A DNA stretch of 64,000 nucleotides from Fimicolochytrium jonesii (taxonomy: Eukaryota), in contig NW_026515669.1 in assembly GCF_025526975.1 (NCBI RefSeq), positions 124,001-188,000 on the forward strand, given 5' to 3'. Within the stretch, counting starts at the first letter, position 1. Every line of letters begins with the position of its first letter. The position numbers were made by a program, and so were the translations under genes. This document shows positions 25,119 through 37,034 of this stretch, piece after piece. The notes under the pieces are model-generated. The model was not told where the DNA came from. It saw nothing but the letters and a program-made list of their open reading frames with translations, and searched no databases.

Positions 25119-25880
25119 CTACTTCTTCTTCTTCTTCCCCGACTCGGCTTCAGCCAGTTTTGCTGCATATTCGTCACTTCGCAGCAAAGCAAAGAAGCCC
25201 TTTGTGCCCCCTTCGTCCAAGACATCCTGCAGGAATGGCAAGAGAGGGTTTTTGTAGGCCCTAAAGGTTGTGCCGGAGGTGCCTAGTGGTGTGTTTGCCA
25301 ACTCCTTAGGAATGGTTTTGAGCTTGTTGCCTTGTAAGAGGCAATACCGCAGCGCTTGCAAGTTCCCAAGTTCTGCGGGGAGGTGGGTGATGTTGTTGTT
25401 GCAGAGGACCAGTGTATTCAGATCAACCAGTTTGCCAATCTCTGGCGGCAGTGTTTCCAGGTGGTTATCGGAGAGATGGAGGGATCGTAGTGTCGTTAGA
25501 AATCCAAAGTTGGCCGTCAGCTGCTTCAACTGATTGCAGCTGAGGTCCAGATAGACCAGATTTGGACATGATCCGAAACCGGTGGGGAGCTCAGTGATGA
25601 AGTTGTAGCTTGCAGTCAGGTATTTCAAGGATCCCATCGAGACGACTGATTTTGGCAGTGCCGACAGCTTGTTTCCAAAGAATGAAACATTTTCTAGCTT
25701 TTTCAGGCGCACAATGTCTTCAGGGATCTCGCCGAGGCGGTTGTTGGCTAGCGTTAGCTGTTCGACGGATTGGACTTCAAATAGAGCAGGCGGCACATCC
25801 TTCAGTGATTGAGCGTTCAGGTCTACAATGGTGGCATTGCTAGAGCGTGCTGTTTCGAGGATGGACTTCACGCTCGGCAT
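25119..25880 (-). CDS. Leucine-rich repeat protein, Ras suppressor-1 (RSU1)-like
   Basis: Uninterrupted 253-aa ORF with about 7 LxxLxLxxNxL repeats; C-terminal FFALLRSDEY resembles the RSU1 C-terminus. Confidence 0.8.
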   Translation of the reverse strand: MPSVKSILETARSSNATIVDLNAQSLKDVPPALFEVQSVEQLTLANNRLGEIPEDIVRLKKLENVSFFGNKLSALPKSVVSMGSLKYLTASYNFITELPTGFGSCPNLVYLDLSCNQLKQLTANFGFLTTLRSLHLSDNHLETLPPEIGKLVDLNTLVLCNNNITHLPAELGNLQALRYCLLQGNKLKTIPKELANTPLGTSGTTFRAYKNPLLPFLQDVLDEGGTKGFFALLRSDEYAAKLAEAESGKKKKK

Positions 25881-26392
25881 GACGGCGATGGCTGGACGAA
25901 TGGAAAAAGCGCCCTTTAAGGTGGTTGGGTTCCAACTGACACGAAGGTGAATGTATCAGCATATACACGGCAAGTTACCAAACCTTCAAGAACACTCACC
26001 TCGCGTTATTCTGCTTCGGCCCGGTCTTTGAGAACGAGTATGGAAGTTGACGGACTGTCGGAGTTGCAGTGGTTGAGCGAGAGGGGCGAGAGTGTGGTAT
26101 CTGCGACGAGGGCTTGAACAAGGCGGCCGCTGAGCATAAGAGCTGGAAGCTCGCGGTGCCCGTCGTGTGGATGAGGGTCGATGAGGCTTGATGGGGCCAG
26201 CGCCGATGGAGCCGATGGCGTGTGGATGTCGCCCCGGTTGTCGTTGCGACGCGAAGGTCACGCGAAGGGGACAAGTGACAAGTGAGTGACAAGGCATTGA
26301 GAGCTGATTGAGAGCAAACGCTGTGAGCTCCCCAGCACAGTTGTCACTCCTCCCTGGTCCACCCACTGTAACCCGCAGCTTCCTCCCTCGCT

Positions 26393-28153
26393 ATGCACTC
26401 CCGTCTCGCCCTCCGCTCGCTCCTCTGTCCACGGCTGCTGGTCGTCCCGCCCTCGGCACCTCGCCTCCTGCCCTCCATCCGCGCTCCCCTCAAGGCCATC
26501 TCACCCCCGCGGCGCTTGAACTCCACCGTTGCCGCCGAAGCTAGCGCCGAAGCACCGGAATGCTATCTCGAGCGCTTGCAGGGTGCTGACAAAGGTATGG
26601 CATACGAACGGTTCTAACCCCCAAAAATGCCACGCCGTGCTCAAATATGTGCTACTTCAATAGGCATCGTGCTCTTGAACTTCAACAGGCCAGCGGCGAA
26701 GAATGCGTTAGGGAAGACGTTCATGAAGCAGTTCCGCGACGCCCTGCAGGAACTGCGATTTGATGAGTATGTTGAGAAGGACCTTTGGTATCCTAGTTGG
26801 GAGTTTCCGAGCAGGGCTCCGAGCGATAGCGAGGAGAACGCTTGAAGGCCCCGAGCGATAGCGGGCAGATTGTCTGACTGTTCCGAGCCACAGCGGCCGC
26901 GAGCAAGGCGAGCGATGATTGGATGCTTGAGGATCCGAGCATTGGCGAGGAGATGGTTGTGTGGTAGACGGTTGATGGTTGATGGTTGATGGTGGATGGG
27001 TTAAGTTGAAGGTTCATGGGTTGATGCTCGGGACAGGGAGATTGACGCGGGTCACATATTGCAGGGGCGTCAGGTGCATTATCGTCAAGAGTCTGGTTCC
27101 GGGGGTGTTCTGCGCCGGCGCGGACCTGAAGGTATGTATACATTCCGAAACGCAAACAGGAGCGGTGCCATCTCCGGAGGGATATCAATCATCCTGACAT
27201 TTACATACGTGGACGTAGGAGCGAGTGAAGATGTCACCTGTGGAAGTCGCGGCGTTTGTGCACGGACTCCGGACGGCTTTCGCGGACCTTGAGGTATGTC
27301 TGCGCTGATCAGAACGTGGCGTCGGATGTTCTCCCCTTGACGGAGCAATCTCCATGCACTAGTCCCTGCCTGTCCCTACCATCGCGGCCGTCGACGGTGC
27401 CGCTCTCGGCGGCGGTCTCGAAGTCGCCCTATCCACAGACATCCGCGTCGCAGGTACGTCTCCAACCGATCCGTCTCAGCCTCTTCCTCACCAATCTGAC
27501 CCGCTACCGTACCTCCCCCAGGAATGAACGCCAAACTCGGCCTCCCCGAAACCAAACTGGCCATCATCCCCGGGGCCGGCGGCACCCAACGCCTTCCGCG
27601 CCTCATCGGCATACCGCGCGCCAAGGAACTGATCTTCACCGCCCGCGTCATGCATGCCAGGGAGGCGGCAGAGATTGGGCTTGTGAACCATGCGGTCGAG
27701 GGCGTCGCGGCTGATAAGGCGTTGGAGATTGCGAGGAGTATTATTAAGAAGGGTACGTTCAGCCGGTCCTCTAAGCACTTTCTTTGGGGTTTGAACTCAT
27801 TTGCGTCGCCTGGTTGAACAGGACCGATTGCTATCCGAGCCGCAAAGCTCGCCATTGAGCGCGGATCTCAACTCGATATGTGCGTTTGCGTCACATCACG
27901 TCCCATGTTTGTTGCTACCCACTCTGAACCACACCACTGATTTCCGCCTCTCCTCCTTTAGGGCCTCGGGCCTCGCCTTCGAACAAACATGCTACGCTCA
28001 AGTCATCCCGACCGAAGATCGGTTGGAAGGTACGAGAAATGCAGTCTTGTCGTCACAATCTATCTCCGTCTGCTCACCCCATCCTCAAACACTTTCTGTG
28101 TAGGTCTACGCGCGTTCAAGGAGAAGCGGGAGCCGGTGTACAAAGGCCGTTGA
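26393..28153 (+). CDS. Mitochondrial enoyl-CoA hydratase, methylglutaconyl-CoA hydratase (AUH)-like, multi-exon
   Basis: Arg-rich presequence, [73 protein letters not shown]. Confidence 0.92.
26767..27064 (+). repeat. Enoyl-CoA hydratase intron containing the composite intronic repeat
   Basis: CCGAGCGATAGCGAGGAGA (26819-26837), CCGAGCGATAGCGGGCAGA (26851-26869), CCGAGCATTGGCGAGGAGA (26935-26953), then (GTTGATG)n at ~26971-27000. Confidence 0.8.
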
Positions 28154-28333
28154 AGTCCGCCATAGCCACGATGCCCACCCACACCCACATTAGAAACCAA
28201 AATGTATGTATGAGACAGTCTAAACCCCACATGCCACAATCGGCTGGATCTATATAGCGCATCCTTTTACGGAGAGATACATAGACCTGTAGCATACTCA
28301 AAACCAATACATATAATTGAACCAGAAACGACC

Positions 28334-30984
28334 TTATACACCACCGATTATCAGGAATGCCAGCACCACACCCAGCACCACGCCCGTCCACCCTGCACCC
28401 TTCACCCTCTCCGCACCGGAAAGCGACCCGCCCCCCAACGCCGTCGCAGTCCCCTTCGGCAACGCGCGGCCGGTCGTGGTTGTGGTTGTTGTGTTGGCGG
28501 AAGGATGCGATGCCTCGTTGAAGGAGCCGGGGATAATGTTTGTAGGTGGTACCGCATCGCCTGCGATATTCCTCGGCGTCTCGCCTACAGCATACGACGG
28601 GCATCAGCGTCCACGTCTCACCATCACACCAGCGGCCTCTCAAAGAACAAAAACCCTCACCAGGACACAAAAACACCTTCTTGCCAAAATCATACTCCTT
28701 CACCACACTACAACTTCCCACCGCATCCCTGCAGAACCCATTCGACAGCTGGTTCCCCTCGCCTATACAGCTACACCTGCAATCCTTCCACGTGCCCTGC
28801 ATTTCTCAAAAGGGTCAGATCAAACTTTGCGCGATCAGTGATTGAAAAGAAGACTCGCCTGCTGGCATCCGCCTGCCGGGACCACCGTGGTGCAGTTGGA
28901 GGATACCGGGGCTGGTGCTGGCGCCGGTGGAGGGACGGGGAGGGCGGGGGTGGGCGGGACGGAGGGGCAGGAGTAGCAGGTGTCGGTGTAGTAGTCTGCG
29001 ATGGGGCAGGTGCGGTAGAGCCCCTCGTCGATGCGGCCGTCTGTTGCGTGGGGGGGGGGGGGGATCAGAACATGACCCATCTCACATCAGTATAAGAAAA
29101 GGGGAGAGGGTAGGTCTTTTTTTTTGGGCGTCTTTTTTCGTGTACCCACTTCCGTTATCGTCCACCCCGTTGCAGATCTCCGTCTTGTTGGCATCCCCCC
29201 GAGCGTCCTGCCACGGACACGCGAACAGAGACGAGCTTTGCATGGCGTCGAGGCCGATGGGGTTTTGGAGCCAGGTGAGCAGTTGGGTTGGGGTTACGAA
29301 CCAGACCTGTTGGGTATGCGAGGAGTGGGTGAGGTAGATGCGGAGGGAAGGAGGGGAAGGGAGGGTGGGGTTTACCGCGTTGTTGGTGTAAGAGCGGGCC
29401 CAGTCGAAGAACTCGGTGAGGATGGCCATGCGGTCATTGACGGGGTCTTCTAGAAACCAGGCTGCGTGCAGCCTATGGAGATACAAGCGTTTGTGGATCA
29501 GTCATCGCAAACATTGCTTCTCTTTCACAGTCAAAGAGTATCTTACCAAACACCGAACGGCAGCCTCCCATTCTCCCAATGCAGCTTGAAATTGTGCCGG
29601 AATAAGTTCTGCAAGAATGCCGGGTCGCCCGGTGGGTCCATCGATGAGAGGGCCGTGCCGGTCGCTGGATCCATTAAGGTGTTCATTGGGATCTCCCACA
29701 GGCCTGGAAAGCGGGCTGTGTAGTCGCATGTTCCTGTATTGCTATACGTTCAAATTAAAACACTGTGAGCTTCCCACGAAGCAGGAGATGCCGACGCACG
29801 TTGGGGTCTCACCACTCCACCGGAAACCCCTCATCCAGCGTATACGGCCACGTCATCTGCCCGGGGGGATCCACGGGGTTACTGCAGTCCCACTGAAGAC
29901 CGAGGTCCCGCAGGGCGGCGTAGGTAGTCATGTTGTATTCGAGGAACGGTGCGCGGAAGCCTTTCATGTCGGCGAGGGGGATGCCGGCGTAGGCGTTGAG
30001 GGCTTTGCGGCAGCCGTCGATTTCGGGGGTGGTGGGGTTGCCAATGTGGGACATTGTGTGGAGAGCGATCTGTGTGAGAGCGAGGCACGCCGGATGTCAG
30101 TCCGCTGTTGGTTTCTTGGGGCGTTGACTGAAGAGAAGGATCTTTGTGGTCTGGCCATCATCGCCGATAATTTGCCCGCAGCGTCCCCAATTGCTTCAGC
30201 CATGGACAGGTCTCCCGCAGCCCAGCCGTACTCCAGTCCAATCCCCCTTACAACCGTACCTCATGCCCCGCGCCATGCAACATCTGCACCATATGATAAT
30301 TCGTATACGTATTCGACACAAAGAACGTGGCGGGTATCCGACACCCATTTGGATTCTTTGAGCTCGCTGCCTTCTCAGCCAAAGGGTGCGAGATCACTTG
30401 CACGGCGTCGTCGAAGGTTAGGAGGATAAATTGGGGTGTACTACGGAAAGAAGATGTTCAGAAAGTGACCCGAAAGAAAATGATTGTTGATGAGAAGACA
30501 TCAACTCCAAACTCACTTTGACACAGCAAGCCCGCCCGCCGGACTTTTAGTCGGACAGAAGCAGTTGGGCAGTTTACATATCGTTGGGTCGCAGGTGTAC
30601 CCCGCCGTAGCCCGCTTTGCCAAGAGTGGCCGCTGGTCATCGAGGTAAACGGCCGCTCTGAGTTTCCTCACGACTTGGTTGGGAGTTTGGGGGGATGTGA
30701 GGGTGACGTAGGTTCCTAATGCTGCGTGGCCGGACAGCGGATCACAAAAGGTGAGTATTGGGCAGTGCCGGGCATCCATAGATACTACGAGGTGGTGTGG
30801 GTAACTCACCGAAAACACTTGCGATCACGCCCAAAGTGACTAGTTTGCTCACAGATCCTCGTTTCACGGCATCAAGCGTCCGTCTCGGTGCGACGGCCGT
30901 GCTCGACCCGGTCGGCTCTTGCGAGTCTGCGTCCGTTCCCTTCTCTTGAGGCTTCCTCCGCCGTTGAGTGATGGATGCGTCCAT
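28334..30984 (-). CDS. CE4 polysaccharide/chitin deacetylase-like membrane protein, multi-exon
   Basis: CDPTICKLPNCFC, ALHTMSHIG, MKGFRAPFLEY, WPYTLDEG, GLWEIPM, YLHAAW, VWFVTPTQLLTWLQNP. N-terminal hydrophobic segment, Cys-rich C-terminal modules and a hydrophobic tail (VVLGVVLAFLIIGGV*). Confidence 0.82.
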
Positions 30985-31320
30985 GTTATCGATACGGGGT
31001 GGTAGAAGCGCGAGCGTGCGTAGGAAGCGTAATGCCTTTTTTTTGGGAGTTGGACAGTTGACAGCGGGACGAGAGAGCGGGCGGGAGTGGCGCAGTCTGC
31101 AGCGTCACGCGTTTCGGGTCTTTGCCCGTTGTCTCTCGCTCGCCCTTCAAGTCCTCGCAAAGAAAACTCTCTGAAACAGGATGAAGATTGCCCCAAGAGG
31201 CCACTTGACAAAACCAAGTTCCCGCTCCGTAATTTACCGAAAGACGTCTACCTCGTGCGTGCGTAGCTTCAGTTGGGCGTAACGCAGTTCAGGTCGGTTC
31301 TCACACCAATCATACAACCC

Positions 31321-32475
31321 ATGGGCGACCACTCGCACAGCGGCATCGGCGGTATGGCCAGCTCCCCGGAAGACTCAACGCCTTCAGTACGCCCCAAGCA
31401 CACCTCGCCCATGGAAACAGACCGTCCACACGATGACACCTACATCCCCGACGAAATCGCCCCCGAAGACGACCCAACAGATCTAGGCCTCGACATTGCG
31501 TCCATCACGCTGATCAGCCCGCCGGCGCCTCTGGTTGAAGCTGGAGGTTGGGACGCGCCTGTGAGGGGGGTCGGGATCATTGGTGGTGCGGCGCCGGTAC
31601 CTGCCGTGGGTTGGGATGGTGCGGCGCCGCGGTCGTGGTCAGTGAATGATGTTGATCACGAAAATGGGGCCGATGGTGAAGGGCATGAAACCGGTAGAGA
31701 AGTATCTCCACCTAACGATATGAAGGACGAAAAAGATACAAAGAAAGCACCCGAATCAACCAAACAAAGGATAACAACCCTTAACACAGCCCTCGACACC
31801 CTTATGTCCCGCCTACTCTCCTCCATCGACGCCTACGAATCCCACCGCAAAGTCCTCTCCACCCTGCTTTCCGGCGGCTACTTCGACCTCTCCTCCGCAA
31901 GGCAGGCTCTGGGCGGGTCGCCACAGCTTACACCACTGAAATATGATATGCGGATGAAGTGTACGCGTGGGGTGATTGTGGAGGAGGCCGATACCGCGTA
32001 TGGGGAGGCCACGGAGGTGGTAGTAGAGTTTACGGAGAATGTCGAGAAACCCGCGGAAGGCGTGGTGGACCCTATGAGATGGTTCGCGGCCCTCCCGCCC
32101 GCACCCCTCCGATCCGCACAGACGCAGTTCGTCAAAGCCGTGCAGCGCTGTATCTGTTTGGCCAACGCATCACGCGAGATTGACGCGTTGAGGGTCGAGA
32201 TTGCGCAAAAGAAGAAGGAACTCGACGCATTGGATGGATCGAAAATTGCGAAATCAACCGACGCTCGACGAATCGATGATGACCTAACACCCCCACCGCC
32301 CGACCAACAAGGCTGGGACGCCCCCCTCCCCAACACACTCGTGATGGACATCCAGGACGAACTCGAACAAGAGATGGAAGACGACCCGCTGGCGGCGTTG
32401 GGGAGCACGACGTGGGATCCAGAGGATGTGGAGTATGATTATGCGGATGGGTGTGCTTATATTGATGATTATTGA
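31321..32475 (+). CDS. V-ATPase assembly factor Vma22/CCDC115-like, with acidic extensions
   Basis: LSTLLSGGYFDLSSAR, KYDMRM and DPMRWFAALPPAPLRSAQTQFVKAV match the Vma22/CCDC115 family pattern. Confidence 0.8.
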   Translation: MGDHSHSGIGGMASSPEDSTPSVRPKHTSPMETDRPHDDTYIPDEIAPEDDPTDLGLDIASITLISPPAPLVEAGGWDAPVRGVGIIGGAAPVPAVGWDGAAPRSWSVNDVDHENGADGEGHETGREVSPPNDMKDEKDTKKAPESTKQRITTLNTALDTLMSRLLSSIDAYESHRKVLSTLLSGGYFDLSSARQALGGSPQLTPLKYDMRMKCTRGVIVEEADTAYGEATEVVVEFTENVEKPAEGVVDPMRWFAALPPAPLRSAQTQFVKAVQRCICLANASREIDALRVEIAQKKKELDALDGSKIAKSTDARRIDDDLTPPPPDQQGWDAPLPNTLVMDIQDELEQEMEDDPLAALGSTTWDPEDVEYDYADGCAYIDDY

Positions 32476-33146
32476 GTGGGGGCGTGTAACAGAATCGGAG
32501 AGAATGGGAAGAAGGAAGGAGGGAGAATGGGGGCGTATTGGGCGAAAAACAATTGTTCGATGTACATATCAAACCCGACCTGGGGATGGAAAGTGCGACA
32601 AGTTTTGGAAAGAAAAGGGGAAAGCGGTAAATAGCGATCTGGGTGCGTTCCGGGTGCGTTCCGGATGCGTGTACATACATAGCATCCGTATATTGTAGGG
32701 CAGCATGCTCGTGCGGTAAAATCAATAAGGAGCATATACCTCCTGTTCTGCTCTTCTACATGTACGTGAGCGAAGCCAAAAAGAGGTGGGAACGAAGAAG
32801 TGTCCTCTTCCACACTGCTCATGAACTGTTAATGAACTGTTCATGAACGCCCCAGCGGCGCCACAACATTCCTCGGCTAGTTCCTCGGCCGCAACGCGAG
32901 CCCAGAGACCCATGGCCTGCCCACGGCGACCTGTTTCAACCTTCAGTTTAGCGACCTTCACTTCGCTCGCTTTACCGAGTAGATGCAACTCTCAGCCCAT
33001 TACTATAACCCCTTCGGCGTTCTCGTATACCCTTAGTAGAGGATTTCCACCGCCTTCAACGTTCGACGAATCCACTCGCGGGACCTCAAGCTTATTCTTT
33101 TTTTTTGGCAAACATCCTCCGCCTGCGCTCACGCACTGCTCCCAGC

Positions 33147-33890
33147 ATGGGCCTCTTCGGGCATAAGAAGAATGCGGCGGCACATCCAACCCCAATACAC
33201 TCCTCCTCCGGCTCCGCCTCCGGCTCCGCCTCCGGCCTCCACTTTGAAAACACCGTCGCCCTTCCGGCACCACTTCCACCACCACCAACACTTTCGAGTG
33301 CCCCACCAATACCAGGCGACGGCAGCGTCGACCCCGAGGACCCATTACAGATAGCGATATTCTACCACGAGCAGAACGTCCTCGACGTTGCGGCATACTA
33401 CTTCTCTGTTGCAGCGGCGAGAGGACACCCAGTGGGGCTGTTCATGTATGCCATGTCGATGCGGCATGGATGGGGATGCCCGAAGGATGAGGTGGAGGCT
33501 GTGCAGTTACTGCAAAAGGCGGCAGAGACTGCGGTGATGGACCTGAATATGGGGGTCGGGAGTGGAAGGTCGAACAAAGGATCACAATCAGCGTCGGCCT
33601 TGAAGAAGGTGGCGACAACAGAGCTGACGCTGGCGATTTACGAGCTGGCGATGTCATTCAAGCAAGGTTGGGGCGTACCGAAATCGAAAACAACATCTGT
33701 GTACTATCTGGCGATTGCGGCACAGCTTGGGGATGTGGACGCTCAGCAGGAACTGGGCGAGTGTTACTTGAGGGGCGATGGGGTGAAGCGAGATAAGAAG
33801 GTAGCGGCAAAATGGTTTAGGGAAGCCGAAAAACAAGGGGCAAAAATGGTCTCAATGCAATGGATTTGGAAGGACAAGTACAACCCGTGA
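33147..33890 (+). CDS. Sel1-like repeat protein (Nif1/Dsf2-like)
   Basis: AIFYHE, MYAMSMRHGWGCPKD, LAIYELAMSFKQGWGVPK, GDVDAQQELGECYLRGDGVKRDKKVAAKWFR, WIWKDKY. Confidence 0.85.
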   Translation: MGLFGHKKNAAAHPTPIHSSSGSASGSASGLHFENTVALPAPLPPPPTLSSAPPIPGDGSVDPEDPLQIAIFYHEQNVLDVAAYYFSVAAARGHPVGLFMYAMSMRHGWGCPKDEVEAVQLLQKAAETAVMDLNMGVGSGRSNKGSQSASALKKVATTELTLAIYELAMSFKQGWGVPKSKTTSVYYLAIAAQLGDVDAQQELGECYLRGDGVKRDKKVAAKWFREAEKQGAKMVSMQWIWKDKYNP

Positions 33891-33918
33891 GGAGGGGGGG
33901 GGGGGGGGGGGGGGGGGG
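33891..33918 (+). repeat. Poly-G tract immediately after the stop codon
   Basis: Run of about 25 G. Similar runs occur at ~29050-29063 and ~42901-42918. Confidence 0.85.
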
Positions 33919-34401
33919 AAGTCGGGGAGAGGAGGAGAATGGGAGGCGGGGCGCAAAGAAGCGCATACGGGAGCTGGCCTCCTACGCTGCATCGCAGCCT
34001 AATGATACGATATCCAACACCACACCGAAACCAGCATAAAATAGATAGTATCAGCAAAAGCCAATTTGGTATCTACATATACACCTTATGCCTTGTACAA
34101 AATTTTCACACCTCCTTGCGATCGTGAGAACAGGAGCTTCAGGCCGTTAGTTTGCGCGGAAGGCTCTTGGGCGGGGGCTTCGTTGGGGAGTCGGTCAGTC
34201 ACTTGGGGCTTTCTCACGCGCGTCTGCCCAACGTCACTTCTGGGCTGACTTCTGGGGGCGCTCAGACTCCGTGGGAAAGGTAGGCAGCTGGGCAGAGTCA
34301 GAACAACAGCCCAGTCGGTGGACCAGCTGTGTACAGCTCTCCGTACTAGTCGGCTACCCTCGTTCGCTGAGGAAGTGTACAATCGGAAGAAACCGAGCAG
34401 G

Positions 34402-36673
34402 ATGGACCTCGCCTTTGAGAACCACTTCAACATGGCATCGCGGAGGCCAAACGACACTCCCGGTGAAGCAAATGACGAGATCACTGCTGACAACTCAAAG
34501 AAGAAGAAGACTGCGAAAGTTATTGTCAACGACCCGACTATAGACCTCGATAGTTACACCGCGAACTACAGTGGTAAGGGAACAGAACTGTCACTTGTTT
34601 GTTCCTCGTGGGAAGCGAGGGTGCTTGAACGAAGCGAGGTGAATGCGACTGGGCCGGAGGCTCAGGGATATTTGGGGTTTCCGAGCGGAGTGAGGACTTG
34701 CTTGAGGTCACCGAGCGAAGCGAGGAGATTGCGAGCGATAGCAGGCCCCAACTGGGCCGGAGGCCCAGGATTGCGGATCACACACCAGCCCCGCATCCTT
34801 GTCGTGAGCGGAGCGAGCAGGGTATAGTTTGTTGATGGCTGGTTGATGGCCGACGGTTGATAGTTGATGGTTGACGGGTTGATGGTTGTTGACGGGTCAG
34901 TGGTTAATGGTTGCTGTTGGTTGACAGGCCGAACAAAGATAGTCCGCCTCCTGCACATAGCAGAATGGAGCCCACCCCTCTCCATCGACGCCTACAAGCT
35001 CGCGCTCCAAGAACTCCGGAACACCCTCGACTATCAACTCTACATCGACGTGCATCGCAAACTGAATCATTCTTTGGAAGAACGGCGGCAGCCTCCCGTT
35101 GCACTGGACGCGGCGTGGGTGAACCATGCTAAGAAAGAGTTTAAGGATAAATCCGAGAAGCTGGAGCAGGAATTGAAGGGGTATAAGGTCAATTTGATCA
35201 AGGAGAGCATACGGGTGCGTTTGGAGGTGTTGTTGGAGGTGTTGTTTGAGAAACAGGTGGATCTGAACTGACAGTGGGACGCTAGATGGGACATAACGAT
35301 TTGGCCGAGCATCTATACAACGGAGGCGAGCTGCAGGGAGCGTTGAGATCGTACAGCAGGACGAGAGATTATTGCACAACCTCAAAACATGTCGTGGATA
35401 TGTGTTTGAGTGTTGCCAAAGTGAGTTTGAGTTTCGGTGGCCTTCTTTGGAGGCGGCGTAGATGACTGAACTGAACCTAATGATTGCTTTAGGTCAGCCT
35501 AGAGCTCGCGAACTTCTCGCACGTTCAAAACTACATCGTAAAAGCCATGAGTCACCCGGAAGTACAGGAGAAGGGGATCATCAACAGCAAGCTGAAATGT
35601 CTGAGCGGTCTCGTGGATCTCGAAAACGGTCAATTCAAACGCGCTGCGGGCAGTTTCTTGGATGTCAGCTTTTCGTTGGGGTCGCAGTTCTCTGAGGTGT
35701 GTTCCGTCATTGATGAACCCGCCTTCCACCCCGATCAGTACTCACGCCAGATTCCTCGCGAACCAAAGATAATATCACCAAATGACATCGCCCTGTATGG
35801 CGCACTCTGTGCACTGGCCACGTTCGACCGCCACGAGCTCAAAAGCAAAGTGTTTGAAAACGCGGAGTACAAGCAGTATTTGGAACTGGAGCCGCAAGTA
35901 CGCGAGCTGCTGTATGGCTTCTACCAGAGCAAGTACACCCAATGCTTGGATACCCTGACTCGGATGAAGGTACGAAAGCCCTAAAACATGTCAACATATA
36001 CCCCAAAGTCCACCTACTCACATCGTACAAACCGCAGAGCGACCTATACCTCGACATCTGGCTCCACGGGCACGTCGACCTAATCTACCAAAACATCCGC
36101 AAGAAAGCCCTCGTGCAATACTTCCAACCCTTCCTTTCCGTCGACATGCACAAAATGTCCCGCTCGTTCAGCACCTCCGTCACGGAGCTCGAACGGGAGC
36201 TGGCGATGTTGATTATGGGGAAGGAGATTAATGGGAGAATTGATAGTCATAATAAGGTGTGTATATCTTCGGGTGATGTGTGATGTGGATAGGGGACTTA
36301 TATGTGGTTGGTTTAAGATCCTGCGCGTAAAAGCCGCCGACCAACGCAGCACCATCTTCGAACACTCCCTCGCGATGGGGACGGACTACCAGACCCAGGT
36401 CCGCCACTTGATGCTAAGGATGAAGCTTGTGCGCGCCGATATGATCAGTACGTCCTCTTCTCCCTTTCCCCTTTCGCTCATCATACTCAAACTTTTTTTT
36501 TACGTGTTACAGTTAAAGCACCCAATGAGGGACGTCATGGCGGTGGAGGAGGAGGTGGAGGGGATGGGGGCAGACACCACCCAGGAGGGCATCATGGGAG
36601 CCGGAAAGGGCGACCGGCGAATTTAGAGTTTGATGCGGATGACGGGGAGGATATGATGGCTATCGACCATTAA
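34402..36673 (+). CDS. CSN1: COP9 signalosome subunit 1, multi-exon
   Basis: DLDSYTANYSGRTKIVRLLHIA, LEQELKGYKVNLIKESIRMG, RTRDYCTT, DIALYGALCALATFDRHELK, PCI domain IRKKALVQYFQPF...GRIDSHNKIL. Confidence 0.92.
34574..34927 (+). repeat. CSN1 intron 1 containing the composite intronic repeat
   Basis: TTTCCGAGCGGAGTGAGG (~34678), CCGAGCGAAGCGAGGAGATTG (34711-34731), GCGAGCGATAGC, a duplicated CTGGGCC-GGA-GGC(C/T)CAG hairpin, and degenerate (GTTGATG)n at ~34831-34925. Confidence 0.8.
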
Positions 36674-37034
36674 TGAGGGGGCCGGGATAAGGGGAAGTTT
36701 GCTGTTTTCGAGTGTACATATGTACATATGCAACCGTCGAGTGAGGCGGTCTTTTCTGCTCCTTTTGGAGACATATGTTGAGTGAGGCCGGTTCACGGGA
36801 AGAGCTCTCATGCTTAGTGAGCTCTAGATACCAATCAACAGTCATGATATGCATAAGGTGTTGCTCGCAATCGTTTTTCATGGTATGCATTCTTTGTGGA
36901 TCATCAGACAAGCCTATTTTGGAATCATTCAGCACGGACCCAGCCCGCCGAACTAGCAAACTAAAACCTATACGTAGTATAACAGCCCTCCTCATGTACA
37001 CGCTATATACAACCCCAACCCAACAGCATCCCCC

